DNA of 64,000 bases from Candidatus Latescibacterota bacterium (lineage in GTDB: Bacteria; Latescibacterota; UBA2968; UBA8231), in assembly GCA_964291625.2 (NCBI GenBank), contig OZ220090.1:256001-320000 (forward strand). Direction: 5' to 3'. Both the position numbers and the translations under genes were made by a program. This document shows, in pieces, positions 27,756-37,780 of this stretch (position 1 is its first letter; each line of letters begins with the position of its first letter). The notes under the pieces were generated by a model. It was not told where the DNA came from and ran no database searches. It worked only from the letters and a program-made list of their open reading frames with translations.

Positions 27756-28604
27756 TCAGCCCTTCCTGCCATCGGGGGATTCGCCGGTACGCCATGTGGC
27801 TGGATTGCCCCCGCGCCTCGGCGGACTCCGGTCGAGGCCGAGGAGTGAAGCCTCCGAGTCCTGGTGCCCTGCGGGCGTGAGGGTGCAGGCGATGCGGGCG
27901 TAGTAGAGGGCGCTCAGCCCTTCGAAGCCGGAGTCGGTGCCGACGACCAGCCACAGCCGGCCCTCGCCGTCGGCGGTGACGTGCACCGGACTGGCGGAGT
28001 TGTCCAGGGTCTTGATCCGGTACTCCTCGCCGGTCACCGCGGGGTGGGCGACGTGCCCCACGACCACCATCGACTCGCCCCCGTTGGACTGGTTCCCCTT
28101 GTCGATGTTCATCCGGAAGTACCCGCTGTCGTCCTCGGGCGCCAGGGGCTCGGCGGTGGAGGCCCCCGCCTTCACGAAGACGCTCTCGCCGGGAGAGCCG
28201 CCGATGCCGACGAGGCCGGCGGCGACGTTGGTGGCCAGGTCCAGGGTGAGGACGGCGGAGTACTCCGCTTCGGGCTCGAGGCCGCCGACCGGCCTCTTGA
28301 AGAACATGAACAGGTCGTCGCTGCGGTTGTGTCCCTGGATGTAGAGGCCGTGGCCCTCGAGCCCGGCCGGCAGCGGGCGGTGACCGGCGTCGAGCTCGTA
28401 GATCGACGGGTCGAAGTCCACGGGATAGTCCGCGAAGCCGGCGGTCCAGCCCTCGGCGCCGTCCTCGAAGGTGAAGCTGAACTCTGTCTCGGCGGCCTCC
28501 TGCTCCTCCTCCTCAGTGGAGGCGCAGGAGGCGGTCAACGCACAGGCCAGGAGCAGGGCCGCATGGATGCGGGTGGGGCGCGGGTTCGATCTCTTGCGAG
28601 TCAC
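27756..28604 (-). CDS. Conserved hypothetical lipoprotein
   Basis: Lipobox-like LTASC; GWTAGFADYP, HNRSDDLFMF, NIDKGNQS, VGTDSGFEG. Confidence 0.75.
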   Translation of the reverse strand: MTRKRSNPRPTRIHAALLLACALTASCASTEEEEQEAAETEFSFTFEDGAEGWTAGFADYPVDFDPSIYELDAGHRPLPAGLEGHGLYIQGHNRSDDLFMFFKRPVGGLEPEAEYSAVLTLDLATNVAAGLVGIGGSPGESVFVKAGASTAEPLAPEDDSGYFRMNIDKGNQSNGGESMVVVGHVAHPAVTGEEYRIKTLDNSASPVHVTADGEGRLWLVVGTDSGFEGLSALYYARIACTLTPAGHQDSEASLLGLDRSPPRRGGNPATWRTGESPDGRKG

Positions 28605-28813
28605 GGGCCTTCCTCCATCAGGCTGCCCAAGTGGTGCGCGTAAGATACCCCGCCGTGGCCCATGCGACCGAGGATCGGGGCCGGCAGCGAGCGTTCGTGA
28701 GCTCCGGATCCAGCGGGCGCAGCCCCGCTCTGTCAGCTTGACCCGGTGCCGAAGCCCCTTTCATCTTGACGGACGCCCCATCGCCGCCCCCTCCACCCGC
28801 CAGAAGGTCTTCG

Positions 28814-30700
28814 ATGAGCTCCATCCAGATTCGTGAAGGACTGCAGGGCGCCTATCCCGACGTGTACACCCCCGACGCCCTGGCCGCCCTCGAGGCGTTG
28901 GCTCCCTTCAACAAGGAGCAGAAAGCGGTCATGGCGGTCCGGATGGAGCGGCGGGCGGCGCGGGCCCGGTACCGGGAGCGTATCGCCTTCCTCGACGAGG
29001 ACGACTGCATACCCCGGACCCCCATCCGCGTGGGCGAGGCCCGGCGGGGGGACTTCATCGGCTCCGAGATCCCCGCCGACCTGCGGCGCCAGTGGATCCA
29101 GGGGACCGGCCCCGCCTGCAAGCCGCGGGCCCCGGTGGAGCGCAGCATCCGCAACGTCGCCTACGCCCTGCTCTCGGGTGCCGACGGCTGGATGTTCGAC
29201 GGCGAGGACGCCCTCGGCCAGATCACCACCATGTCCCTCGACAACCAGAGGAACCTGGCCCTGGCCGTCCGCCGCGACCCCGTCTTCCTGAAGGCGGCCG
29301 AGCAGGTGGCGGGGGAGATGAACGAGTGGGCCGCGGGCTTCTTCGGCCGCGCCATCGTCGACGACTGGGAGGGGCAGCTGGGCTTCACCACGAAGATCTT
29401 CCGCGCCCGGGGGCTGCACCTTGACGACCGCCACACCCGGGACTCGCAGGGGGCGGCCCTGTCCGCCTCGATCGTCGACCTCGGTCTGTACGTGGCCAAC
29501 AACCACGAGCAGCTGCGGCAGGCCGGCTCCTCCATCGTCCTCTACCTGCCGAAGATCCAGACCGCCGAGGAGGCGGCCCTGTGGGCGGAGATGCTCGACG
29601 CCCTGGAGGCCCACCTCGGGCTGCCGGAGGGCGCCGTCAAGGTCTACGTCCTCGTGGAGCAGCTCGAGGCGACCTTCCAGCTCATGGAGATCCGCGCCGC
29701 CTTGGGCCGCCACTTCGTCGGCTTCAACACCGGCCGCTGGGACTACATCAACAGCGTCTCCGACGCCATGGCCTGGGACCCGGGGTTCGTCAACCCCGAC
29801 ATCGAAGCGATCACCATGACCTACGGGTACATGCGCAACTACGAGGACCGCGTCCGCCGGGCCGTCAACACCGCCGACCGGGCCGGCGGCTTCGCCCTCT
29901 GGCAGGGGGGCATGGAGCCGAACATCCCGGTGGGGTCGGAGGAGGGCGTGGCCCTCAGCATGGAGAAGGCCGTGGCCGGCGCCGAGCGCGAGCAGCGCGA
30001 GGGGGCCAGCGGCAAGTGGGTGGCCCACTGGAAGATGGTCCACATCGTCCGCCCCGTGTGGGAGAGGGCGGGGGAGGAGAACCAACTCGGGCGGCGTTTC
30101 CCGCCCCTCACCTACACGGAGGAGGACGCCGACGGGCTGACGGTGCTGGAGCCGGCGCCGCGCACGGTCCGGGGCGCCCGCAACCTGATCAGCGTCGCCG
30201 CCCAGTACGGCAACGCCTTCGGCCAGGGGTTGCAGGCGGCGGCGTGCAAGCCGGCCGACTTCTTCGGCGACGACGATGTGCTCTACCTGATGGAGGACAT
30301 GGCCACCGGCGAGATCCGCCTGAGCATCCTCTGGGAGTGGCTCCACAAGGGCGGACACCTCACCGAGGGCGACGGCGAGACCGGCGCGGGGGAGGGGGAC
30401 GTCTTCGCGCTGGAGCTGTTCCGAAGGCTGCTGGAGGAGGAGTACGGGAAGCTGCAGGAGGCGGGGGACCGCGACGTGCACGACGACTCCAAAGAGACGA
30501 CCCTGCCCATCGCCCGGGAGATCGTCGAGAGCTACGTGCTGTGGGAGACCAAGACGCCCTGGTACATCGACCTGCTGAACATCAACCTGAACAACCACGA
30601 CCTGGAGAAGGCGAAGGAACGGATCCGGCTCTACTCCGCCGCCCTGTCCGGGCAAGGCCGAAGGATCACCGAGAACCTTGACTTCGAGCCGGCCCGATAG
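28814..30700 (+). CDS. aceB: Malate synthase
   Basis: GADGWMFDGED, LYLPKIQ, VYVLVE, GFNTGRWDYINS, GKWVAH, LMEDMATGEIR. Confidence 0.93.
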   Translation: MSSIQIREGLQGAYPDVYTPDALAALEALAPFNKEQKAVMAVRMERRAARARYRERIAFLDEDDCIPRTPIRVGEARRGDFIGSEIPADLRRQWIQGTGPACKPRAPVERSIRNVAYALLSGADGWMFDGEDALGQITTMSLDNQRNLALAVRRDPVFLKAAEQVAGEMNEWAAGFFGRAIVDDWEGQLGFTTKIFRARGLHLDDRHTRDSQGAALSASIVDLGLYVANNHEQLRQAGSSIVLYLPKIQTAEEAALWAEMLDALEAHLGLPEGAVKVYVLVEQLEATFQLMEIRAALGRHFVGFNTGRWDYINSVSDAMAWDPGFVNPDIEAITMTYGYMRNYEDRVRRAVNTADRAGGFALWQGGMEPNIPVGSEEGVALSMEKAVAGAEREQREGASGKWVAHWKMVHIVRPVWERAGEENQLGRRFPPLTYTEEDADGLTVLEPAPRTVRGARNLISVAAQYGNAFGQGLQAAACKPADFFGDDDVLYLMEDMATGEIRLSILWEWLHKGGHLTEGDGETGAGEGDVFALELFRRLLEEEYGKLQEAGDRDVHDDSKETTLPIAREIVESYVLWETKTPWYIDLLNINLNNHDLEKAKERIRLYSAALSGQGRRITENLDFEPAR

Positions 30701-30746
30701 AGCCCGGCGAGGCCGCCCGTCGTGCGCCATCGCGGCGACCAGTACG

Positions 30747-31091
30747 TCAAGCGGCGCTCTGGCGCTTGATGCGCGCCTCCGTCTCCGGGCTGAGGCCCAG
30801 GCGGGCCTGCTTCAGGTCGTAGCAGGCCTGCAGGTTGAGCCAGTATTCCGCGGAGTTCCCGAAGTAAAGGGACAGCCGCAGGGCCGTGTCCGCGGTAATC
30901 CGGCGCCGGTTGTTGACGATGTCGGCGATCCGGTTCGGGGAGACGCCGATGGCGTGGGCGAGCTGGTTCTGGGACAGCTCGTACTCGGCGAGGAACTCCT
31001 CCTTCAGGATCTCCCCGGGAGTGACAGGAGAGAATTCGGGGTCGCCCTCGAACAGCCGTTGGGTCTGTCTGTCGCCGAAGGAAGCGATCAC
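30747..31091 (-). CDS. higA: HigA-family antitoxin carrying the first ~16 residues of a HigB toxin
   Basis: PVTPGEILKEEFL...RITADTALRLSLYFGNSAEYWLNLQ is HigA. MIASFGDRQTQRLFEG resembles a HigB N-terminus. Confidence 0.85.
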   Translation of the reverse strand: MIASFGDRQTQRLFEGDPEFSPVTPGEILKEEFLAEYELSQNQLAHAIGVSPNRIADIVNNRRRITADTALRLSLYFGNSAEYWLNLQACYDLKQARLGLSPETEARIKRQSAA

Positions 31092-31147
31092 ATGGGCAAG
31101 AGAACACCGCGTACCGGGATGCGGTCAAATGGATTCCGCAAGCAAGG

Positions 31148-31310
31148 CAAGGCCAAGGCCTCGGCCCTGGCGGCGCCCAAGGAGCGCTTGTTCCAGGGGT
31201 CGACTCGTATGCTCCTGGCTCGCCTGGTGGAGGATGAGGCAATCAGCGTCGAGGAGCTGGAAGGGCTGCGGCATGAGGTGCGGGCGGGGCGCGACGGAGG
31301 CGGACGGTGA
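31148..31310 (+). pseudogene. C-terminal remnant of a BlaI/MecI/CopY repressor
   Basis: KASALAAPKERLFQGSTRMLLARLVEDEAISVEELEGLR matches the BlaI dimerisation region. The winged HTH is absent. The stop overlaps the next start (GTGA). Confidence 0.7.
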
Positions 31311-34300
31311 GCATGCTCTCGACGGTGATGGCCGAGGCGCCGCGAATCGGCCGGGTCGCGGGCTCGGTGTTCGTGCTGGCCATGGCCGCGGGTTCCGCCC
31401 TGGTCGCCAGCGGATCCCTGCGGGCCGAGGCTGAGCCGGCGGCCTGGGGGGGACAGCGGGCGCTGGCCGTCCCCATGTCCGGAATCACCGTCGACGGCCG
31501 CCTCGACGACTGGCCGTCGGGGATCCCCGTCTACCCGATCCGCAGCAACACCAACGCCTACGGCGAGACCGACATCAGCGGCGCCGACCTGGACGCGAGC
31601 CTGGACTTCTCCCCCTCCTTCCGCGCCGGGTACAGCCTCGAGGAGCAGCGGATCTACGTGGCCGTCGAGGTGCGGGACGACAGCGTCCACGCGAGGGAGA
31701 CAGGCTATCAGGACACGGACGCCCTGGAGATCTACCTCGCCGCGCGGCCGGAGGCCGAGCCGGTCTACTATGTGCTCTGCCCGCCCGGGGGCGCCTACGG
31801 CCCCGGCCGGCCGAACCCCTCCGTCCTCGTCCCCGGCCTCGGCGAGATGCCGCTGGACCGTTCCGGCTCCCGGGCCGCGGTCGGCCGGGAGGGCGGGACC
31901 ACCATCTACGAGTGGGCCCTGGAGCCTGTCGGCGATTCCCTCGAGGACCTGGTCGAGCTGCGTGCGGGGATGGTCCTCGGCTTCGACGTGGCGGCCGTCG
32001 ACCAGGACTCGGAGACCGACACCGCCGCCTGGATCTCCTGGACCCCGCCGACCCGCAAGTTCTCCGGCGGCGGCCGCATCGGCGGGCTGGTGCTGGGCCG
32101 CGCCGGCGGCGACCTCGGCCCGGTGGCCGTGCGGGTCGAGGACGAGTCCGGGGAGGCCCTGGCCGGCGCCTGGTTCGAGCTCTGGCAGGACGGACTCAAG
32201 CTGACGGCCGCTCTCACCGATGGCCTGGGCCGCGCTTCCGCAGCCGTCCCGGAGGGGACGTATGAGATCCGGGTGGCCGCCCACGGCTTCCGCACGCGGG
32301 TCCTGGAGCGCCGCATCGCCGGCGATGCTCCCCTGGATCTCGATCTGGTCCTGGAGGACCTGGGGACCCGCTTCCACGTGGACGACGACGCGCCCCCGGG
32401 AGGCGACGCCGGCGAGGCCCGCCCCTTCGCGACGATCGCGGAGGCCCTGGCCATCTGCAGCCCCGGGGACACGGTGCAGCTCGCCCCCGGCACCTACGAC
32501 CAGCCCCTGGAGCTGATCCCTCACGTCACCATCCTCGGGGCCGGCGCCGGCCGCACCCGGGTCGCCGGCGAAGCCCATTGGGGCCTGGGCCTGCGCCCCT
32601 TCATCACCTACTACGGGGGCCGCGGCGAGGACATGTGGGCCGTGCACCGGCCCGGCGTGATCATGGCCGGCTTCACCTTCGACGGCGGCGGCGAGTACCC
32701 CGACCGCCCGGCGGCGGAGGTCTCCGACCTGCTCGCCGTGGTGACCGCCATCGGACACCGCACCCTGGGGACCTACGCCACGGCCGAGGGCGCGGCCACG
32801 GTGAGGGACCTGCTGGAAGCCCGTCCCGGTCTCGCTTCGGCGCGGATCCAGGCGCCCGGCGCCTGGCCGGGGGGCAGCACCCTGCTGCACCGCGTGGTCA
32901 GCATCTACGACGACGCCAGCGACGCCGAGTACGAGATCGCCCGGCTGCTCATCGAGCACGGCGCCGACGTCAACGCCCTCGGCGGCCAGGCCCGCGGCCG
33001 GGGCGAGACCGCCGTCGGCTATGCCGGCTTCTTCGGCGACTCCCGCCTGGTCCGGCTCTACCTCGCCCACGGCGGGGATCCCAACGGGGTCGGCGCGTCG
33101 GGGCTGACGCCCCTGGACGTCACCGCCCACGAGGGATCCCACGTGCAGGGGAGCACCACCCACATACCGGCCCTGGAAGCCCTGATCGCGGCCGGGGGCC
33201 GCCACGACCCGGGCCATCTCGTCCTTCTGCGCCACGTCCGCCGTCTCGAGGCCGAGCTGGACGCGGACCCGGCTCTCGTCAACGCCGCCATCCCCCTCCG
33301 GCACGCGCGGGACGAGCGGGGGACGCCGCTGCACGAGGCCGCCGACGGCTGCGACTCCGAGATCGCCCGGCTGCTGCTGGACCGGGGAGCCGACGTGAAC
33401 GCCCGGGACACGATGGGACAGACGCCCCTGCAGAGAGCCGCGCGCCGGGGCTGCGGCCGGGAGCTGCGAGAGGGAGGACGCGAGTTCCTGGAGCTGCTCT
33501 TCGAGCGGGGCGCCGTCGACCTGACCGCCGCCGTGGTCCTGGGCGACGCCGCGCGGGTGGCGGCGATCCTCGAGGACGACCCGGGGTCGGTCGCCGCCGC
33601 CGATCCGGACGGGTGGACGCCGCTGGATGTCGCCGTGGACAAGGGACACGGGGAGATCGAGGCCCTCCTGCGCGGCGCCGGGGCTCCCTTCGGCCAGAAC
33701 GTGGAGGCCATGCTCCGCGAGGCCCCCTCCGGCCACGGCGTCCGCCGGGTGCTGGCCCGCTCCGACATGGAGAGCGAGGAGCCGGCGTACCTCCACGTCG
33801 AGCCTTCGGAGTCCCTCGACATCCGCGGCGCGATCACCCTCGCCGCCTGGGTCTACCGGGTCGCCGACGGCGGCACCGCCATCGGCAAGTGGCGGCAGCT
33901 TGGCGAGGCCTGGTCCTACGTCCTCCACCTGTCCGCGGACGACGGCTTCCACCTGCACTGGGAGGACGGCACCCAGTCGAACCTCACCGACTTCGCCATC
34001 CCCTACCACGAGTGGGCCCACGTGGCGGCCACCTGGGACGGGAGCCGCATGTCGGTCTACGTCAACGGCGAGCTGGAGACGCAGATGCGCGTCGCCGCCG
34101 GCAAGCGCATCGCCTCCACGGACAACCCCGTCTGGATCGGTTCCAGCGGCTACGAGGACCGCACGCCGGGGCTGATCGACGACGTGCAGATCTGGAACGT
34201 GGCGCGCACGGCGGAGCAGATCCGGGAATCGATGCTCCACGGCCTGCGCGGCGACGAGCCGGGGCTCGCGGGCTGGTGGCCCATGGACGCGCCCCGGCCC

Positions 34301-37300
34301 TGGGCGGACGGATCGCCCCACGGCAACCACGGGCGGCTGGAGGGCGTGGCCCGGGCGCAGGCGGACGGAGTCCCCGTCGGCGAGTTGCACGCGCCGGCGC
34401 AGGCCCTGTGGCTGCTGCCGCCGCCGGCACCCGCCGGCGCCAGGGGAGGAGGCGACCAGCCGCGGGAGCCCGTGGTCGGCCGCACCGCCTTCGCCGTTCC
34501 CCTGTCGGGGATCACCGTCGACGGCCGTCTCGACGACTGGCCCGCCGACATGCCGGTCTACCGGGTGCGCGAGATCACCGACGCCTACGGCTCGACCGAC
34601 CTGACGGACACCGATCTCGACTCCAGCCTCGACTTCAGCCCCTCCTTCCGGGTCGGGTACAGCCTCGAGGAGGAGCGAGTCTACGTGGCCATCCAGGCGC
34701 GGGACGACCGCGTCCACGTGACCCACCGCAACGTGCGGTCCACCGACGCCGGCGAGATCTACCTCGGCGGCCGCCTGGGCACGGAGCCGTTCTGCTACAG
34801 CCTGGTCCCGCCCGGGGGCAGCTATCGTCCGGCCGGCAACCCGCTGGTCAGCTTCTACGACTGGGACATGGAGTGGCCGGCCGGCCGCGTGGGGGCCGAG
34901 ATCGTCTTCGGGCGCTCCGGAGACGTGAGCGTGTACGAGTGGTCGCTGCCGGCGCTCGGGGCCACGCCGGAGGACGTGGTCCCTCTCGCCCCGGCCAACA
35001 TCCTGCCCTTCGACGTGGTCGCCGTCGACAGCGACGAGCCGGGCGACACCTCGTCCTGGATCGCCTGGGGCCGGGGCCGGCCCAAGAGCCGGTCCGAGCG
35101 CGTGGGCCGGCTGATCCTGGCCGAGCCCGGGCTGGGGATCCTCGACGTGCGGGCCCTCTCCTCCGGCGCCCCCGTGGCCGGAGCCCGCCTGGAGCTGTGG
35201 CGCCACGGCAGGCTGGTGCTGGCCGACGAGACCGACGACAGCGGCCTGGCGCGGCACTGGCTGCCTCCGGGGCGCTACACCCTCGCCGCCGCTCCCCGCG
35301 GATACGAGTCCTTCCGGCGCCAGGTGAAGGTCCCCGCTGGCGGCTCGGTGCGGGTGGACGCGCCCCTCGTTGACAGGGGCACGCGGTTCCACGTGGACGA
35401 CGACGCGCCACCCGGCGGCGACGGCAGCGGCGGCCATCCCCTCGGGACGATCCAGGAGGCCCTGAACGCCGTCAGCTACGGCGACACCGTACAGCTGGCG
35501 CCCGGCGTCTACCGCGGGCCCCTGGAGCTGATCAGCGGCGTCACCATCCTCGGCGCCGGCCCCGATCGGACGCGGGTCACGGGGGAGGCCCACTGGGGAC
35601 TGGCCCGGCGCCCCTTCATCGGGTACTACAACGGCCTGTGGAGCGTGAAGCTGCGCGACGTGGTCATGGACGGCTTCACCCTCGAGGAGGGGGAGAGGTA
35701 TCCGGCGCGCCCGGCGCGGGAGGTCTCGGACGGGCTCGCCCTGGCCATGGCCGTGGACGCCGCCGACCCGGCCGCCGTGAGGGACATCCTCGAGCGCTCT
35801 CCCCAAACGGCCGCCGCCCGCATCCTGTCACCCGACGCCGACCCCCGGGGCAGCACCTTCCTGCACCGCATCGTCAGCGTCTACGCCGACGCCACCGACG
35901 CCGAGCACGAGATCGCCCGGCTGCTGATCGAGCACGGCGCCGACGTCAACGCCCTCGGCGGCCAGGCCCGGGGCCGCGGCGAGACCGCCCTCGGCTACGC
36001 CGGCTTCTTCGCCGACTCCCGCCTCGTGGAGCTCTACCTCGCCCACGGCGCCGACCCCAACCGCGTCAACCCGACGGGTGGGACGCCCGTGGACGCCACG
36101 GCCCGCGAGGGGTCGCACCAGCGCAACCGGCCCACCTTCATCCCCGCCTTCGAGGCCCTGGTCCGGGGGGGAGGCCGCTACCACCTGGGGCACCTCGTCC
36201 TGCTGGGCCACACGGAGCGCCTCGTGGCCGATCTCGACGGGGATCCCGACCTCGTCCACCAGCCGATCCCCCTCCGCTACGAGCCGGACGTGCGCGTCAC
36301 TCCCCTCCATCAGGCCGTCAACACCCACGACGAGGAGATCGCCCGGCTCCTGCTCGACCGCGGGGCCCGCGTCGACGCCGCCGACAGCCGGGGGCGGACA
36401 CCCCTGCTCCTGGCCGCCGGCAACGGCTCGGCCCCCGGGTTCGTCGAGCTGCTCCTCGGGAGGGGCGCCGACCTCGAGGCCCTCGACGCCGACGGCCGCT
36501 CTCCCCTGGCGCGGGCCGTCCACAACCGGCGCCAGGAGAAGGTGGACCTGCTCATGGAGCGGGGGGCCCGGGTCGACCTGTTCTCCGCCGCCGCCCTCGG
36601 GGACGAGGAGCGGGTGCGGGCCCTGCTCGCCGAGGACCCGCAGCGGATCCACGCCCGGGACGCGGACGCGAAATCGGTCCTCGGAGTCGCCCTCGATCAC
36701 GGGCAGGAAGGGCTCATCGACCTGCTCCGCGGGCATGGGCTGGACGACCCCGACGCCGAGCGCCGGATCCTGGCCCGCGCCGCTCTGACGGGGGGCGCGA
36801 GTCTGACCGAGGCGATGGCGGCGGGCGACGCGGAAGGGGTGCGGGGCCTCATCGGGGAAGGCGACTGGCTGACCGTCGGGCCCGGCGGCGCCCAGCTGTT
36901 CGAAGGGGAGACGCTGCAGGGGTGGTGGCCGCTCACCGGCGGGTGGCGCGTCGAGGGAGGACGCCTCCAGGCGGCGACCTCTCGCCGCATCCAGTTCCTG
37001 CTGTCCCAGTGGATCGCGCCCGGACCCTTCGAGCTGCGGGCGCAGGTGCAGCTGCTGGAGCGCGGCCTGAACGACGGCAAGATGCTGGGGTTCCTGGACG
37101 CCGCCGGCCGCTATGTGCAGATCACCCTCGACGACGAGCCGGACCGGCTCACCCTCCTGACCGGGCACAAGCATTTCGACGCCGACGGAGTGTATGGCAC
37201 ATGGAACGTGGAGAGCTCGGCGGAGCTGCCCATGGAGGAGGGCGCCTGGTACGAGGTGGTCTGCCGGATCGACGGCTCCACCTTCACGGCCTCGGTCGGG

Positions 37301-37408
37301 GAGGCGCGGCTGAGTCACCCCTTCGAGGTGGAGTTCCCGGTCTTCCTCTGGCTGGAGGTGCAGCGCACCGGCGGGGCCTTCCGGGGGCTGGGGGTTTCGA
37401 GGCTGTGA
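31307..37408 (+). CDS. 2033-aa multidomain protein: [CBM9-like, carboxypeptidase-regulatory, DUF1565-like, ankyrin] x2 with central LamG and C-terminal DUF1080-like domain
   Basis: ITVDGRLDDWP x2, RFHVDDDAPPGGD x2, GADVNA/TPLH ankyrins, ITLAAWVY...WAHVAATWDG...IDDVQIWN LamG, LFEGETLQGW...GGWRVEGG; hydrophobic N-terminus. Confidence 0.88.
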   Translation: MSMLSTVMAEAPRIGRVAGSVFVLAMAAGSALVASGSLRAEAEPAAWGGQRALAVPMSGITVDGRLDDWPSGIPVYPIRSNTNAYGETDISGADLDASLDFSPSFRAGYSLEEQRIYVAVEVRDDSVHARETGYQDTDALEIYLAARPEAEPVYYVLCPPGGAYGPGRPNPSVLVPGLGEMPLDRSGSRAAVGREGGTTIYEWALEPVGDSLEDLVELRAGMVLGFDVAAVDQDSETDTAAWISWTPPTRKFSGGGRIGGLVLGRAGGDLGPVAVRVEDESGEALAGAWFELWQDGLKLTAALTDGLGRASAAVPEGTYEIRVAAHGFRTRVLERRIAGDAPLDLDLVLEDLGTRFHVDDDAPPGGDAGEARPFATIAEALAICSPGDTVQLAPGTYDQPLELIPHVTILGAGAGRTRVAGEAHWGLGLRPFITYYGGRGEDMWAVHRPGVIMAGFTFDGGGEYPDRPAAEVSDLLAVVTAIGHRTLGTYATAEGAATVRDLLEARPGLASARIQAPGAWPGGSTLLHRVVSIYDDASDAEYEIARLLIEHGADVNALGGQARGRGETAVGYAGFFGDSRLVRLYLAHGGDPNGVGASGLTPLDVTAHEGSHVQGSTTHIPALEALIAAGGRHDPGHLVLLRHVRRLEAELDADPALVNAAIPLRHARDERGTPLHEAADGCDSEIARLLLDRGADVNARDTMGQTPLQRAARRGCGRELREGGREFLELLFERGAVDLTAAVVLGDAARVAAILEDDPGSVAAADPDGWTPLDVAVDKGHGEIEALLRGAGAPFGQNVEAMLREAPSGHGVRRVLARSDMESEEPAYLHVEPSESLDIRGAITLAAWVYRVADGGTAIGKWRQLGEAWSYVLHLSADDGFHLHWEDGTQSNLTDFAIPYHEWAHVAATWDGSRMSVYVNGELETQMRVAAGKRIASTDNPVWIGSSGYEDRTPGLIDDVQIWNVARTAEQIRESMLHGLRGDEPGLAGWWPMDAPRPWADGSPHGNHGRLEGVARAQADGVPVGELHAPAQALWLLPPPAPAGARGGGDQPREPVVGRTAFAVPLSGITVDGRLDDWPADMPVYRVREITDAYGSTDLTDTDLDSSLDFSPSFRVGYSLEEERVYVAIQARDDRVHVTHRNVRSTDAGEIYLGGRLGTEPFCYSLVPPGGSYRPAGNPLVSFYDWDMEWPAGRVGAEIVFGRSGDVSVYEWSLPALGATPEDVVPLAPANILPFDVVAVDSDEPGDTSSWIAWGRGRPKSRSERVGRLILAEPGLGILDVRALSSGAPVAGARLELWRHGRLVLADETDDSGLARHWLPPGRYTLAAAPRGYESFRRQVKVPAGGSVRVDAPLVDRGTRFHVDDDAPPGGDGSGGHPLGTIQEALNAVSYGDTVQLAPGVYRGPLELISGVTILGAGPDRTRVTGEAHWGLARRPFIGYYNGLWSVKLRDVVMDGFTLEEGERYPARPAREVSDGLALAMAVDAADPAAVRDILERSPQTAAARILSPDADPRGSTFLHRIVSVYADATDAEHEIARLLIEHGADVNALGGQARGRGETALGYAGFFADSRLVELYLAHGADPNRVNPTGGTPVDATAREGSHQRNRPTFIPAFEALVRGGGRYHLGHLVLLGHTERLVADLDGDPDLVHQPIPLRYEPDVRVTPLHQAVNTHDEEIARLLLDRGARVDAADSRGRTPLLLAAGNGSAPGFVELLLGRGADLEALDADGRSPLARAVHNRRQEKVDLLMERGARVDLFSAAALGDEERVRALLAEDPQRIHARDADAKSVLGVALDHGQEGLIDLLRGHGLDDPDAERRILARAALTGGASLTEAMAAGDAEGVRGLIGEGDWLTVGPGGAQLFEGETLQGWWPLTGGWRVEGGRLQAATSRRIQFLLSQWIAPGPFELRAQVQLLERGLNDGKMLGFLDAAGRYVQITLDDEPDRLTLLTGHKHFDADGVYGTWNVESSAELPMEEGAWYEVVCRIDGSTFTASVGEARLSHPFEVEFPVFLWLEVQRTGGAFRGLGVSRL

Positions 37409-37450
37409 ACGCGGTCTCGGGGGCGGGGTGGCTGGTGCCAGGATCCGGCT

Positions 37451-37615
37451 TCACGGCGGCGCCTGGCGCTCGCGGGCCCTTGCCTTGACTTGCCGGGCCA
37501 GTTGCTCGAGATCGCCCTCCTCGTACGCGGAGAAGCTCCCGCGCCCGATGGCGTCGATGCCTCGCTGCGCCTCCGCACGGAGCACCCGGAGCTTCGATTC
37601 GTTCATCACTTGCAT
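37451..37615 (-). pseudogene. C-terminal half of a ParD-type antitoxin
   Basis: My own translation: MQVMNESKLRVLRAEAQRGIDAIGRGSFSAYEEGDLEQLARQVKARARERQAPP. The RHH N-terminus and the parE toxin are absent. Confidence 0.6.
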
Positions 37616-37780
37616 TGCGTGCCTCTTCGCGCGACGGGCCTGACTGAAAGGGCGGGAGCGGAGCCCATGAAGAAGATCCCGGGGGGGAACCTCGGCAACA
37701 ATTATCGCAGGTACACAGCCCTGGCCGCCGCAGCCCTCGCGCTGAACGGCCCCTTGGCAGCCGACACCGTGGAGGACGAC

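Noticed and set aside
31088-35806. Very long antisense and alternate-frame ORFs (e.g. 1572 aa here, 13189..16767, 44890..48387)
   Set aside because: Shadow ORFs expected in high-GC DNA; they have no motifs and overlap well-supported genes.
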